43,775 nt of DNA from Acidimicrobiales bacterium (GCA_035533675.1 DATLTI010000228.1:1-43775); one strand, 5' to 3'. Shown: positions 1-9,487, numbered from the stretch's first letter. A program made the numbers and translations. Notes: generated by a model from the sequence alone, not told the origin.

Positions 1-47
1 ATCCTTTGCCATTGCGCCCATCACTCAATTCGCCCAACTCCCAAAAG

Positions 48-1016
48 TCACGACGTCAGATCCTCCTCAAGGGACCGAGATTTCGCGTCCGTGTACGGCA
101 GCGGTGGCAACGGAGGTACCTCTCCAAAAGAGACTGCGGCCTCACCCCCCACGTCAGAATCTTCACTAAGGCGAGCGGCCGGTTCAACGACCAAGTTTCC
201 TGCGATTTCAGTCACTACGTCACCTCCCACTCTTTGCCAGCGGGAGAACCACCAACCCACCGTGCGGACGAGTGCATCCAAAAGCATTGCCAGGACTGAA
301 AGGACGATTAGCGCACTGAATACACCTGCTTGATCCAAGTTGAATGCTCGTTGATTTATGAGATACCCCAAGCCCTTCGAGGCTCCAGCGAACTCTCCAA
401 CAATGGCACCGACGACACTAAACACGAATGCCATTTCCAAACCGGCGAAGATCGTTGGTAGCGCTGCAGGCAGGCGAGCAGTCCAGAGCGTTTGCAACCG
501 CGTCGCTCTCAGTGCTCGCATCAGATCCAAGAGGTCAGGGTCCGTCGAATTCATCCCAGCCTCCGCATTCACGAACAATGGGAAAAAGGATATGGTGGCG
601 CAAATTACAAACTTCGACGTCAGCCCAAAACCTAAGAGGATCACAAAAAGCGGCGCCACCGCAATCTTTGGTATTGCCTGCGTGACCACGAGATAAGGAG
701 TCAAAACGGACTTGACGAAGGGCGACAGCGTCACCAAAACGGCGAGGGCAAATCCCGCCGCAGCCCCGATCAATCCCCCGAATATGATCTCCTCACTTGT
801 AGTCCAGACGTCGATCCAAAAGAGGTGACTGATCAAGTCGACCCGAAACTGTGCCCATACCTCTGTCGGTGTCGGAAGGATGTAACTGTGAACGTCCAGG
901 GCCTTGAGCAGGAACTCGGAACCCACTAGCAGTACGACGAGGACGAGAAGGGAGACGACGCTCTCGCGCCAGTGCGCTCGCAGCCACCTAGAAACTCGAC
1001 GGATAGATGAGTTCAT
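48..1016 (-). CDS. ABC transporter permease, NitT/TauT (SsuC/TauC-like) family
   Basis: 322-aa ORF with repeated hydrophobic helices and a permease core region (...DLLDLMRALRATRLQTLWTARLPAALP...). It is the last gene of an SBP-ATPase-permease string on the minus strand. It has an atypical ~65-aa hydrophilic C-terminal tail. Confidence 0.85.
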   Translation of the reverse strand: MNSSIRRVSRWLRAHWRESVVSLLVLVVLLVGSEFLLKALDVHSYILPTPTEVWAQFRVDLISHLFWIDVWTTSEEIIFGGLIGAAAGFALAVLVTLSPFVKSVLTPYLVVTQAIPKIAVAPLFVILLGFGLTSKFVICATISFFPLFVNAEAGMNSTDPDLLDLMRALRATRLQTLWTARLPAALPTIFAGLEMAFVFSVVGAIVGEFAGASKGLGYLINQRAFNLDQAGVFSALIVLSVLAMLLDALVRTVGWWFSRWQRVGGDVVTEIAGNLVVEPAARLSEDSDVGGEAAVSFGEVPPLPPLPYTDAKSRSLEEDLTS

Positions 1017-1056
1017 TTTCTAACTCCGTGCAGAACTGTCAACAGTGGCAACCATC

Positions 1057-1863
1057 TCAACTCGCCGCCATTCCAAACCCGTCAATGCCAGAGGTAGGCT
1101 GACGCTCGCCCTCAGCAACCATGGAACGTAGTTCGCCAGCAATTCTCGCGAGCTCAGGACTGCTCAGCAGTTCTGAATTACGAGGGCGGGGCAGGTCAAT
1201 CTGAATGTCGCCAATAATCTGGCCCGGGCGAGGCGACATCACCAACACTCGGTCACTCAGGAATACGGCCTCGGGAATACTATGGGTCACAAAGACCACG
1301 GTCGTGCCGATCGTCGCCCACATATTCAGCAACTCGACTCCCATTTGCTCTCGAGTTAACGCGTCAAGTGCTCCAAATGGCTCGTCCATGAGGAGCACTC
1401 CCGGGTCAAGCATCAAAGCCCTACAAATGGCGACTCTTTGTTGCATTCCACCTGACAGATGTCCGGGGAAGACCTCTCCGAACCCAGACAGTTGCACCAA
1501 ACCAAGCAGCGCCTTCGCCTTAGCCTCGGCTGTTCGCCGATCTCCGCGAGACAGTTTCACTGGAAGCAGGATGTTGTCAATTACACTTCTCCACGGAAGC
1601 AACACTGCGCGTTGAAAGACGAAACCGACTTCGCGCCGCGGTTCGGTAACGGCAACACCTCCAATTGTTATTACGCCGCTGCTCGGCCTAATCAGGCCCG
1701 CGAGGAGACGAAGCAATGTTGTCTTGCCGCAACCACTCGGACCGACGATGGATATGAAATGGCCGTTCTCCATGTGCAGGGTAGTCGGCAGGAGAGCCGG
1801 CACGACTCCAATCGGTCCCGAGTAGGACTTACTGACGTCGCGCAACTCGATTTCGTAACTCAT
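1057..1863 (-). CDS. ABC transporter ATP-binding protein, NitT/TauT (SsuB/TauB-like) family
   Basis: Walker A GPSGCGKTT, ABC signature LSGGMQQR, Walker B LLMDEPFGALD; 268 aa. Confidence 0.9.
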   Translation of the reverse strand: MSYEIELRDVSKSYSGPIGVVPALLPTTLHMENGHFISIVGPSGCGKTTLLRLLAGLIRPSSGVITIGGVAVTEPRREVGFVFQRAVLLPWRSVIDNILLPVKLSRGDRRTAEAKAKALLGLVQLSGFGEVFPGHLSGGMQQRVAICRALMLDPGVLLMDEPFGALDALTREQMGVELLNMWATIGTTVVFVTHSIPEAVFLSDRVLVMSPRPGQIIGDIQIDLPRPRNSELLSSPELARIAGELRSMVAEGERQPTSGIDGFGMAAS

Positions 1864-1985
1864 AGTGAGAACATCCCTTTTTGCAGGACTGTTTTCTGCC
1901 CTTTCGGATTGATGGAAGTCGCCTGGAATTGCATCTCTGGAACAAGTGTGTTCGTGTAGGCACTGTAGTCAGTAGGCCACTTCAT
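1860..1985 (-). pseudogene. Relic 3' end of the binding-protein gene (41-codon ORF MKWPTDYSAYTNTLVPEMQFQATSINPKGQKTVLQKGMFSL)
   Basis: Hand translation of the minus strand. Its TGA overlaps the ATG of the ATPase gene (ATGA). Nucleotides 1911-1964 are about 91 percent identical (5 mismatches in 54) to 2279-2332 inside the SBP gene, which encodes SAYTNSLVPMMQFQATSIDPS. Confidence 0.45.
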
Positions 1986-1999
1986 CAATTTGGCTCTCT

Positions 2000-3355
2000 T
2001 CAACTAACGTTGTACCTGATCTTGCGCACCTGACCTTGAGCGAAACGCATCGTCAGCGTGTGGACACCCTTGCCGGTTCCGGCTCGCGTCGTCACAAGCA
2101 GGGTCAAGACATCACTGTTGGTTCTGGCGACGCGAACTCTGGTCCCAGCCGCGCTACTTGTGACCTTAGGCGTTCCGTAAAAATTCGAGCCGAGAACGCG
2201 CATCACTACCCGCCTGCCGGGCACGGCCACACCAGTGATTTGCGACGCCACAACATGGAGTGCCGCATAACTCGGATCGATGGAAGTTGCCTGGAATTGC
2301 ATCATTGGAACAAGTGAGTTCGTATAGGCACTCTTGACGTTGGGCGCCGCTGAGAATAGTCCCAGGGTCTGGTACTCATTAGCCAGAGGCTGCATCTCAC
2401 TAATGTTCATCCATCCCCATTGATTCTTGCCCTGCGACCAAGTCCTGTATCCGACATCCGCACGAGCGCCAATGTCGGCCATCACCTGTGCGTTGGTAAG
2501 TCCACTGATGCTGTTACCTTCAGCTACGTAGTCTGAAATGGCCACCGTCGGGTCATGCACCGCAATGTATTGTCCCTCCTGAATGGCCTTGCATGTCCCC
2601 GCAACGGCCGCAGGATGTGCCTTCAAAAACGAATTATTCGCGACAACGACATTCCACTGCCACTTGAATACTCCAGTGGCTTGTAAATCATTGGTTGCAA
2701 TCCCGTGTTGGGCGTACGAAGGAAGATATGAGTCAATGTCTGCCGCGGCATCGATGGTGCCATTTGCGAGTGCATTGATCACGGCTGCCTCCGAGCCAAG
2801 AACTGCGAATGTGACCTTGCTGAGGCTCACTCCCGCGTCAGCCAACATCGCTTCTGTGTTGTAGTAAACACCCGTGGCTTCGCTTGTGAGACCAATAGTC
2901 TTCCCCGCGAGACCGGCGGCACTTGTGATACCAGAGCCATCCTTGACGACCAGCGAGTAAATGTTGTCTTCAACATATGAACACACGGCGGTGACATTAT
3001 TGACGCCTTTAGTTAGTGCAGTGTCGAGCGAGAGCGTGTCGGCCTGACCCATATCTGCTGAACCGGAGGCAACGTCCTGCATCACTGCAGCTGTACCAGG
3101 CGAAGTTACTAAATTGAATTGGACACCATCGTTCTTGAAGTAACCCTGCTTCTCGGCGGTCGAAATGTCGGTGTGGCCCAACGTCATGACTGGGTTAGCG
3201 AGCACCCACGTCACAGGCGTAAGAGACTTGCTTCGAGGTTGCTCTGATTTCGTGCCAGCACCCGCCACAGAACCAATCCCCATAACGCTCATGCACGCCA
3301 ATGCCAGGATTAGTCGAGTAGCCGATGCTCTTTTCGGCCTTGCGATTGACACCAT
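2000..3355 (-). CDS. ABC substrate-binding protein (NMT1/SsuA-like) with extra C-terminal Ig-like beta domain
   Basis: Signal-peptide-like N-terminus (MVSIARPKRASATRLILALACMSVMGIGSVAGAG) and an SBP-like core. The last ~95 aa (VVASQITGVAVPGRRVVMRVLGSNFYGTPKVTSSAAGTRVRVARTNSDVLTLLVTTRAGTGKGVHTLTMRF...) read like an IPT/Ig-type beta-sandwich. ATG at 3355 was chosen over TTG at 3373 because a GGGGG RBS lies 7 nt upstream. Confidence 0.8.
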   Translation of the reverse strand: MVSIARPKRASATRLILALACMSVMGIGSVAGAGTKSEQPRSKSLTPVTWVLANPVMTLGHTDISTAEKQGYFKNDGVQFNLVTSPGTAAVMQDVASGSADMGQADTLSLDTALTKGVNNVTAVCSYVEDNIYSLVVKDGSGITSAAGLAGKTIGLTSEATGVYYNTEAMLADAGVSLSKVTFAVLGSEAAVINALANGTIDAAADIDSYLPSYAQHGIATNDLQATGVFKWQWNVVVANNSFLKAHPAAVAGTCKAIQEGQYIAVHDPTVAISDYVAEGNSISGLTNAQVMADIGARADVGYRTWSQGKNQWGWMNISEMQPLANEYQTLGLFSAAPNVKSAYTNSLVPMMQFQATSIDPSYAALHVVASQITGVAVPGRRVVMRVLGSNFYGTPKVTSSAAGTRVRVARTNSDVLTLLVTTRAGTGKGVHTLTMRFAQGQVRKIRYNVS

Positions 3356-3480
3356 TCCATGCCCCCAATTCAATAACGGAACTTATTTAGTTCGGAAAAA
3401 GACTTGTGAATCAGAAACTGCAACTGGATACGAACTAGTCGACCAAAGAAAGTCACTCGCCCAGCGCAACCAGTGTGGCA

Positions 3481-3542
3481 GTTTTGATTACGAAACGCCA
3501 TGCAGCGTTTTCAAAACCTTAGCGGCCTAGGATAAGTTATCC
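3481..3542. promoter_or_regulatory. Palindromes in the divergent SBP / LysR intergenic region (candidate LysR operator)
   Basis: GTTTTGA...AAACGC-CATGCA-GCGTTT...TCAAAAC nested inverted repeat at 3481-3517, and GGATAA-G-TTATCC at 3530-3542 immediately before the LysR ATG. Confidence 0.3.
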
Positions 3543-3544
3543 TT

Positions 3545-4474
3545 ATGCTCAAATCGAGTCACATCAAGACATTCTTAGTGGTCCTTAAAACCTCATCCTT
3601 CGCTGATGCGGGTAGAGAACTCGGTTACACCGCTTCGGCGGTGTCACAGCAAATGCTTGCCCTAGAAAAGAGTGTGGGAGTCACGCTCTTTGAGCGACGA
3701 GCCCAGGGAATCAAACCCACGGCTGCAGCTAACACTCTTGCGACACAGGCGAAAAATGCCGCGGCTGCGATGGCTCGGCTTGAACAGCAGGCCGCGTCTA
3801 TCGCCTCTGGTGATGCTGGCACTCTATGGCTCGCCAGTTTTGCCACTGCGGGAGAAAGGCTCGTTCCACACGCAATCGTGGATCTCTTCTTAACTCGGCC
3901 CGCTATTGAAGTTCTACTTGATGAAGGTGAGCCCGATGTCCTGTTGCCACGACTCCTCAAAGGCGAGATGAACTTAGTTTTGGCATACGAGTACAGCGCC
4001 GTTCCGCGACGATGGCCGGATGAACTCGTCCGTCATCTAATTCTACGAGAGGATCTGATCCTGCTTATTCCGTCGCGGCTGACTGACAAGCCCTTCGACG
4101 CACGTTCTGGTCTTACATCGCTGGCCAAGGAAAGGTGGATTGCGACGGACGCCGGCACGGCTGGTGCCACATCTCTCAATTACGTGTGTGCGGCCAATGG
4201 TTTCTCGCCTCACGTGGCCTTTCGCAGTAACAACTACGCGACGATTACTGGGTTGGTCGCTGCAGGCCTCGGCGTTGCCATCGTTCCGGCACTTGGGTAC
4301 GACCCAACACCCAACGTAGTAGCGCGAAGGTTCGACGCCAAATTTGCTTCACGAACGGTTTATGCGTTACACACTTCTGAAGACGAACACCTTCTTCTCA
4401 CGACAGTCATCTCCTCGCTTAAAAGAGCAGCAAAGAGAATAGATACGAGCCAGCTCGAGAAACTTGGTAAGTGA
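3545..4474 (+). CDS. LysR-family transcriptional regulator
   Basis: N-terminal LysR HTH (IKTFLVVLKTSSFADAGRELGYTASAVSQQMLALEKSVGVTLFERR) plus a substrate-binding domain of the expected length; divergent from the ABC operon. Confidence 0.9.
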   Translation: MLKSSHIKTFLVVLKTSSFADAGRELGYTASAVSQQMLALEKSVGVTLFERRAQGIKPTAAANTLATQAKNAAAAMARLEQQAASIASGDAGTLWLASFATAGERLVPHAIVDLFLTRPAIEVLLDEGEPDVLLPRLLKGEMNLVLAYEYSAVPRRWPDELVRHLILREDLILLIPSRLTDKPFDARSGLTSLAKERWIATDAGTAGATSLNYVCAANGFSPHVAFRSNNYATITGLVAAGLGVAIVPALGYDPTPNVVARRFDAKFASRTVYALHTSEDEHLLLTTVISSLKRAAKRIDTSQLEKLGK

Positions 4475-4477
4475 ATC

Positions 4478-4496
4478 TCGACGCTAACAGCGTCGA
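4478..4496 (+). terminator. Candidate stem-loop terminator after the LysR gene
   Basis: TCGACGC-TAACA-GCGTCGA, a perfect 7-bp stem 4 nt after the stop codon; the trailing T-tract is weak. Confidence 0.35.
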
Positions 4497-4721
4497 CTCT
4501 TCGAAATCAGGTTGACTCGTCTCGAATGCCTGATGTCACATTTCTTTCATGCGGCCCACGGGTTGGTCCGATGCAATCCTCAGCGGTTTTGCGCTTGGGC
4601 AACCCAGCATCTAGTGACGCTCACCCTATGACCCATTCAATCCGAAGTGTTACGGGATCATCATTGATCCCGGGCCGCTCATGCACTCACGCGTCTTCGA
4701 AATCAGATCAGACCGCCCTGG

Positions 4722-5909
4722 CTAGCGGAACGCCTGGATGCCGGTGAGGGCGCCACCCACCACCAGCGCATGAACGTCCGCAGTGCCCTCGTAGGTCACC
4801 ACCGACTCGAGATTGACCATGTGGCGGATCACCGGGTACTCGAGCGAGATGCCGTTGGCACCAAGGACTTGGCGGGCCGAGCGCGCGACATCGAGCGCGT
4901 CGTTCACGTTGCCAAGTTTGCCCATGCTGACGTGCTCAGGGCGTAACAGCCCGCTATCCTTCATCCGCCCGATGTGCAGCGCCATGAGTAAGGAGCGATT
5001 TACGGCCAGGGCCATCATCGCCAGTTTCTGCTGTTGAATCTGATATGACGCGACTGGCCGTTCGAATACGAGGCGTTCTCCCGCGTAGCGCAGGGCGGTC
5101 TCGAAGCAGGATCGCGCCGCGCCTACGGCGCCCCACACGATCCCGTAGCGAGCTTCGTCGAGGCACGAAAGAGGGCCACGGAGCGACGTTGCTTCCGGCA
5201 GCATCGCGCCAGCGGGGAGTCGCACATCGCTCAAGAGCAGTTCTGAAGTGACCGACGCCCGCAGGGAGAGCTTCTTCTTGATGTCCTGGGTGCTGAAGCC
5301 TGCGGCCCCCTTCGGCACGACGAAGCCGCGAATTCCCTCGTCAGTCTGGGCCCACACCACCGCGACGTCAGCCGCAGATCCGTTGGTGATCCACATCTTC
5401 TGGCCGTTGAGGATCCAGTCGGTCCCATCCTTGCGTGCGCGTGTGCGCATGGCGCCTGGGTCAGACCCCGCGTCAGTCTCCGTCAAGCCGAAGCACCCAA
5501 TCGCTTCCCCGGCCGCCATCTTCGGCAACCACTCCTCGCGCTGCTCCTCCGAGCCCCAGCGATGGATCGCGAACATGGCCAAGGAGCCTTGCACCGAGAC
5601 CAGGCTTCGCACTCCGCTGTCACCCGCTTCGAGTTCCAGGCACGCCAATCCGTAGGCGGTGGCACTGGTGCCCGCGCAGCCGTAACCCTCGAGGTGCATG
5701 CCCAGGACCCCGATGGCTCCCAGCTCTTCCATCAGTCCTATCGGGCTGCGCCCTTCTTCGAACCACTCGGCGATGTTGGGCTCGACTCGATCCTTGACGA
5801 ACTTGCGAACCGTGTCGCGGATCGCGATCTCCTCGGGCGAAAGCTGTGCATCAACGTTGAGGAAATCCAACGGGCGCAACTCAATCTTCTTAGTGGTCGG
5901 CGATGGCAT
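4722..5909 (-). CDS. gcdH: Glutaryl-CoA dehydrogenase-like acyl-CoA dehydrogenase
   Basis: Family-typical strings SVQGSLAMFAIHRWGSEEQREEWLPKMAAGEAIGCFGLTETDAGSDPGAMRT and KMWITNGSAADVAVVWA. ATG at 5909 is preceded by a GAGGA RBS (track start is TTG at 5933). Confidence 0.85.
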   Translation of the reverse strand: MPSPTTKKIELRPLDFLNVDAQLSPEEIAIRDTVRKFVKDRVEPNIAEWFEEGRSPIGLMEELGAIGVLGMHLEGYGCAGTSATAYGLACLELEAGDSGVRSLVSVQGSLAMFAIHRWGSEEQREEWLPKMAAGEAIGCFGLTETDAGSDPGAMRTRARKDGTDWILNGQKMWITNGSAADVAVVWAQTDEGIRGFVVPKGAAGFSTQDIKKKLSLRASVTSELLLSDVRLPAGAMLPEATSLRGPLSCLDEARYGIVWGAVGAARSCFETALRYAGERLVFERPVASYQIQQQKLAMMALAVNRSLLMALHIGRMKDSGLLRPEHVSMGKLGNVNDALDVARSARQVLGANGISLEYPVIRHMVNLESVVTYEGTADVHALVVGGALTGIQAFR

Positions 5910-6023
5910 AGTGGTCCTCGGATCTTGCAACAACTATTTTTAGAGCTTCACCTTATAAAGCACCGGACGGTTCTGGACCACCCGGAAACTCAGCAGCGCG
6001 GCTTCCGAACGAATCAGAACTCA

Positions 6024-6040
6024 CTCATGATTAACATGAG
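6024..6040. promoter_or_regulatory. Perfect palindrome CTCATG-ATTAA-CATGAG in the gcdH / aldehyde dehydrogenase divergent region
   Basis: Read directly; lies between the divergent starts at 5909 (-) and 6141 (+). Confidence 0.3.
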
Positions 6041-6140
6041 ATGCGCGCGACAGTGTGGTGCGCCTTGGACGACGCAGACGGCAATGCCTCGTGAAAGGTG
6101 TACAGTCCGTTCGGCCGTGTAGCAGAGCAGAGGGAGTCGT

Positions 6141-7580
6141 ATGACTACTGTCCATCAGAACTTTGTGGGGGGAGAGTGGATCCAGGGCGCCGAAAAATCA
6201 ATCGACCGCAACCCATCTGACGTCGCGGACGTCATCGGAGAGTACGATCGCGCCGACGTGGCCCAAGTCGCAATGGCTGTCATCGCCGCAAAGGAAGCTT
6301 CGGTATCGTGGGGTAACTCGTCCATCCAGGACCGCGCCGATATTCTCGACCGTGTCGGCTCTGCGCTGATCGAACGCTCGAGCGAGTTTGGTGAGATCCT
6401 TTCGCGCGAAGAGGGAAAGATCCTGCGAGATGGCGTCGGCGAAGTCGCGAGGGCCGGTAGAATCTTCCGGTTCTTCGCGGGCGAAGCGCTACGCACCGCG
6501 GGCCAGAAGTTGCCCTCGGTGCGCCCGGGAGTTGAGGTCGAGATTTCGCGTGAGCCCCTAGGGGTCGTCGGCATCATCACGCCGTGGAACTTCCCATTCG
6601 CCATCCCGGCATGGAAGATCGCGCCCGCGCTGGCCTATGGCAACGCCGTGGTATTCAAACCCGCCGACCTCGTGCCGGGATCGGCCTGGGAACTGGCCCA
6701 ACTCCTCGCCGGCTCCGGCCTGCCGGCGGGCGTCTTCAATCTCGTGATGGGACGAGGTTCGGTCGTGGGCGAAGCCATTATCACGAATCCCCTTGTGTCA
6801 GCAATCAGTTTCACCGGCTCAGTAGAGACGGGCCGCCACGTGGCCGAAGTCGCCGCCGGGCGCCTCGCAAAGATACAACTGGAAATGGGAGGCAAGAATC
6901 CGTTGGTGATTCTGGACGACGCGGACCTCGATGTCGCGGTCGAGTGCGCTTACCAGGGCTCGTTCGAGCAGACTGGTCAGCGCTGCACCGCGTCTTCGAG
7001 GCTGATCGTGACGCCGGGCATCCATGACAAGTTTCTCGCGGCGCTGGTCGAGCGGCTGAAGAGCGCCAGGGTCGATGACGCGCTGGCCCCCGACAGCGAC
7101 ATCGGACCTGTCATCGACGAGAGCCAGCTCGACCAGGACCTGGAATACATCCGCATCGGTCAGCAGGAGGGCGCGCGGCTGGTCTGTGGGGGCGGCCTCC
7201 TCGATCGCGAGAAGAAGGGGCACTACTTCGAACCGGCACTCTTCGCCGACGCCACCAACGACATGAGGATCTCGCGCGAGGAGATCTTCGGACCCGTCGC
7301 TTCGATCATCCGAGCTCAGGACTTCGATGAGGCGCTCGCGCTGGCCAACGACACGCCATACGGCCTCGCCGCAGGCATCGTCACGTCATCACTCAAGCAC
7401 GCGTCCGCCTTTCGCCGCGAGAGCCAAGTGGGAATGGTCATGGTCAACCTGCCCACCGCCGGGGTCGACTACCACGTGCCCTTCGGCGGGCGAAAAGGCT
7501 CGAGCTTCGGGCCCCGCGAACAAGGCAGCTACGCCGCAGAATTTTACACCACAGTGAAGACGGCGTATATCAAGCCCTGA
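6141..7580 (+). CDS. NAD(P)-dependent aldehyde dehydrogenase (semialdehyde dehydrogenase type)
   Basis: 479 aa with catalytic Glu motif LEMGGKNP and catalytic Cys motif GQRCTA. The N-terminus FVGGEWIQG...NPSD..VIGEY is typical of the ketoglutarate/glutarate semialdehyde dehydrogenase subgroup. A GGGAG RBS is present. Confidence 0.9.
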   Translation: MTTVHQNFVGGEWIQGAEKSIDRNPSDVADVIGEYDRADVAQVAMAVIAAKEASVSWGNSSIQDRADILDRVGSALIERSSEFGEILSREEGKILRDGVGEVARAGRIFRFFAGEALRTAGQKLPSVRPGVEVEISREPLGVVGIITPWNFPFAIPAWKIAPALAYGNAVVFKPADLVPGSAWELAQLLAGSGLPAGVFNLVMGRGSVVGEAIITNPLVSAISFTGSVETGRHVAEVAAGRLAKIQLEMGGKNPLVILDDADLDVAVECAYQGSFEQTGQRCTASSRLIVTPGIHDKFLAALVERLKSARVDDALAPDSDIGPVIDESQLDQDLEYIRIGQQEGARLVCGGGLLDREKKGHYFEPALFADATNDMRISREEIFGPVASIIRAQDFDEALALANDTPYGLAAGIVTSSLKHASAFRRESQVGMVMVNLPTAGVDYHVPFGGRKGSSFGPREQGSYAAEFYTTVKTAYIKP

Positions 7581-7856
7581 CGGATCACGAAGGCGTTGCG
7601 GGCTTGGTGCTTCCGCTTTGGGACCGAATCGCAGTTGTCCCCTTCCTGGCGACGAGCGTCACGCAACGACTAACCCGTCACGCGTGATGCTCGTCGAAGA
7701 CGGTTCCGGCGGCGTCGAGCGCCACTTCGTTTCCCAACGCCTGCATGCCCACGGGGGTAAGTACACGCTTTCGCAGTCGAACGACTTTTTTATCCGAGAG
7801 TCATCGATGAGTCCGGGCGACTCCAGTCGGTTTTGAGCCAAGATCTCACGTCGTCG

Positions 7857-9008
7857 TCATGTTCGCCCAAACGGGGGGGGAGGCCGCCAATACTTTGCAG
7901 GTGTCTCAGAAAACGAAATCGGATTGGCGACTTGGCGTACCGCATTCGTACCGTTTTCGAGTCGGGAATAGGTCGCGACAAGACCGAGTTGATGGGCGTA
8001 ATCAAAAGCCTCATCGATGCTGTTGACTTTCCCGCTCGGTACGCCAGCGGATGCAAACAGCGACAACCAGTGAGCGACCGGCATGAGCGAAAGACGTGCC
8101 TCTATCTCACGATGAAGAGCCTCTCGATTCTTGACACGAGCACCATTGCTCGAAAACTCCGGAAGTGCGGCGATGGTTTCTAGTTCCAGCACGACACAGA
8201 GCTTTTCAAACTGACGATCATTACCAACCGCAATCACAATCTCTCCGTCACGAGCACGAAGTGTTTCGTATGGCGCGATGCTCGAATGTGCGTTCCCCTG
8301 TATCCCTGGCACGACGTTCGCCACGATATACGCGGATGCATGATTCACGAGCATTGCGAGTACCGAGGACAGAAGGTTCGTCTCAACCTTCTGTCCTCGG
8401 CCGCTATTCGACCGTTCGAAGAGTGCCGCAAGTATTCCTATGGTCGAGAATAAACCGGTGGCCACATCGCCCACGGCAACGCCCGTCTTGGTCGGCTCCC
8501 CCGGCGTCAATCCGGTGATGCTCATGAGACCGCCCGCGGCCTGAGCAAGGAAGTCATATCCCGGTAAGGCTCGGCCTGCAGCTCGCCCGAATCCACTGAT
8601 GGAGCAATAGATCAGTCCCGGATTCTCTGCTACGAGCTCTTCGTACCCGAGACCGTAACGAGCCATCGTTCCTGGCTTGAAGTTCTCAACCAGTACGTCG
8701 GCTCTTCGTGCCAGCTCACGAGCCAACCGGATATCTTCAGAGTCCTGCAAGTCGAGACGCACACTTCGTTTGTTTCGATTCACCGATACGTAATAGGTGC
8801 TCGTCCCGTCATCGACGAAGGGTGGACCCCATGCGCGCGTGTCATCGCCGCCATCCGGCCTCTCCACTTTCACTACGGTCGCACCTAGGTCTCCCAGCAA
8901 CATCGTCGCGAGCGGACCAGCCAATACTCTCGAAAAGTCGGCAACGATCAGTCCATGAAACGGTCCCTTTCGTTCGGACTCACCACTGCTCACTTCGAAG
9001 TTACTCAC
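7857..9008 (-). CDS. Family III CoA-transferase (CaiB/BaiF type; candidate glutarate CoA-transferase)
   Basis: GPFHGLIVADFSRVLAGPLATMLLGDLGATVVKVERPDGGDDTRAWGPPF is the family signature. GTG at 9008 (AAGGA RBS) gives 383 aa. The track ORF extends to 9155, but that N-terminus is not family-like. Confidence 0.8.
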   Translation of the reverse strand: MSNFEVSSGESERKGPFHGLIVADFSRVLAGPLATMLLGDLGATVVKVERPDGGDDTRAWGPPFVDDGTSTYYVSVNRNKRSVRLDLQDSEDIRLARELARRADVLVENFKPGTMARYGLGYEELVAENPGLIYCSISGFGRAAGRALPGYDFLAQAAGGLMSITGLTPGEPTKTGVAVGDVATGLFSTIGILAALFERSNSGRGQKVETNLLSSVLAMLVNHASAYIVANVVPGIQGNAHSSIAPYETLRARDGEIVIAVGNDRQFEKLCVVLELETIAALPEFSSNGARVKNREALHREIEARLSLMPVAHWLSLFASAGVPSGKVNSIDEAFDYAHQLGLVATYSRLENGTNAVRQVANPISFSETPAKYWRPPPPFGRT

Positions 9009-9430
9009 GGGATCCTTTTGCGAACGCTGTTCCGATACGGAGACTTTTCCGCGTGGAACGTCACTATAGCGACCAGCAAGTTTTGATCGCGCTGAACCTA
9101 GAGTGTGAGGTACTACAAACTGGACTCGGTCGCATCTCCGATTGCAAATGCTCACACGCCGCCCGGGGGGCGTGGGCTTCCGGGTGAAACGACCTCCGCT
9201 AAAAACTGCGATCCAATTTCGAAAGGAAAGCCTGCAGTCCGAACTCGCCGTACAATTTCTGGCGCAGCGTTCCGATCAAGGACAAATGTGGTCGGCTGTT
9301 CAGGACTTCAACCTGCGACCCCTGCGTGTCATAGGCCCTTGGTTCGTCAGAGTTCACAATTGTTCGATTTCGCATCATTTGCTGACAATTTGATTCGTCA
9401 ACGTTCGCCTGAATACGTGCCAATTCATGG

Positions 9431-9455
9431 CCGTTGCTGACAGCGTTGTTGACGG
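9431..9455. repeat. 25-nt element CCGTTGCTGACAGCGTTGTTGACGG (two 11-bp-phased units)
   Basis: Differs at 2 positions from the copy at 28388-28412. Related half-sites are TTGCTGAC at 9379-9386 and inverted CGTCAACG at 9396-9403. Confidence 0.6.
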
Positions 9456-9487
9456 CTAACTAATTAGACAGCGGCATCCTTTGACGC

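Noticed and set aside
48-245. Hydrophilic ~65-aa C-terminal tail on the ABC permease as a possible fused domain
   Set aside because: The tail is low-complexity (Pro/Glu/Ser/Val) with no recognisable fold or motif. It is more likely a disordered tail or a drifted stop than a functional domain.
9199-9423. A 74-aa minus-strand ORF in the long gap upstream of the CoA-transferase gene
   Set aside because: There is no RBS, no family resemblance, and the region is dominated by the TGAC-core repeats. It cannot be excluded as a small gene, but it is unsupported.
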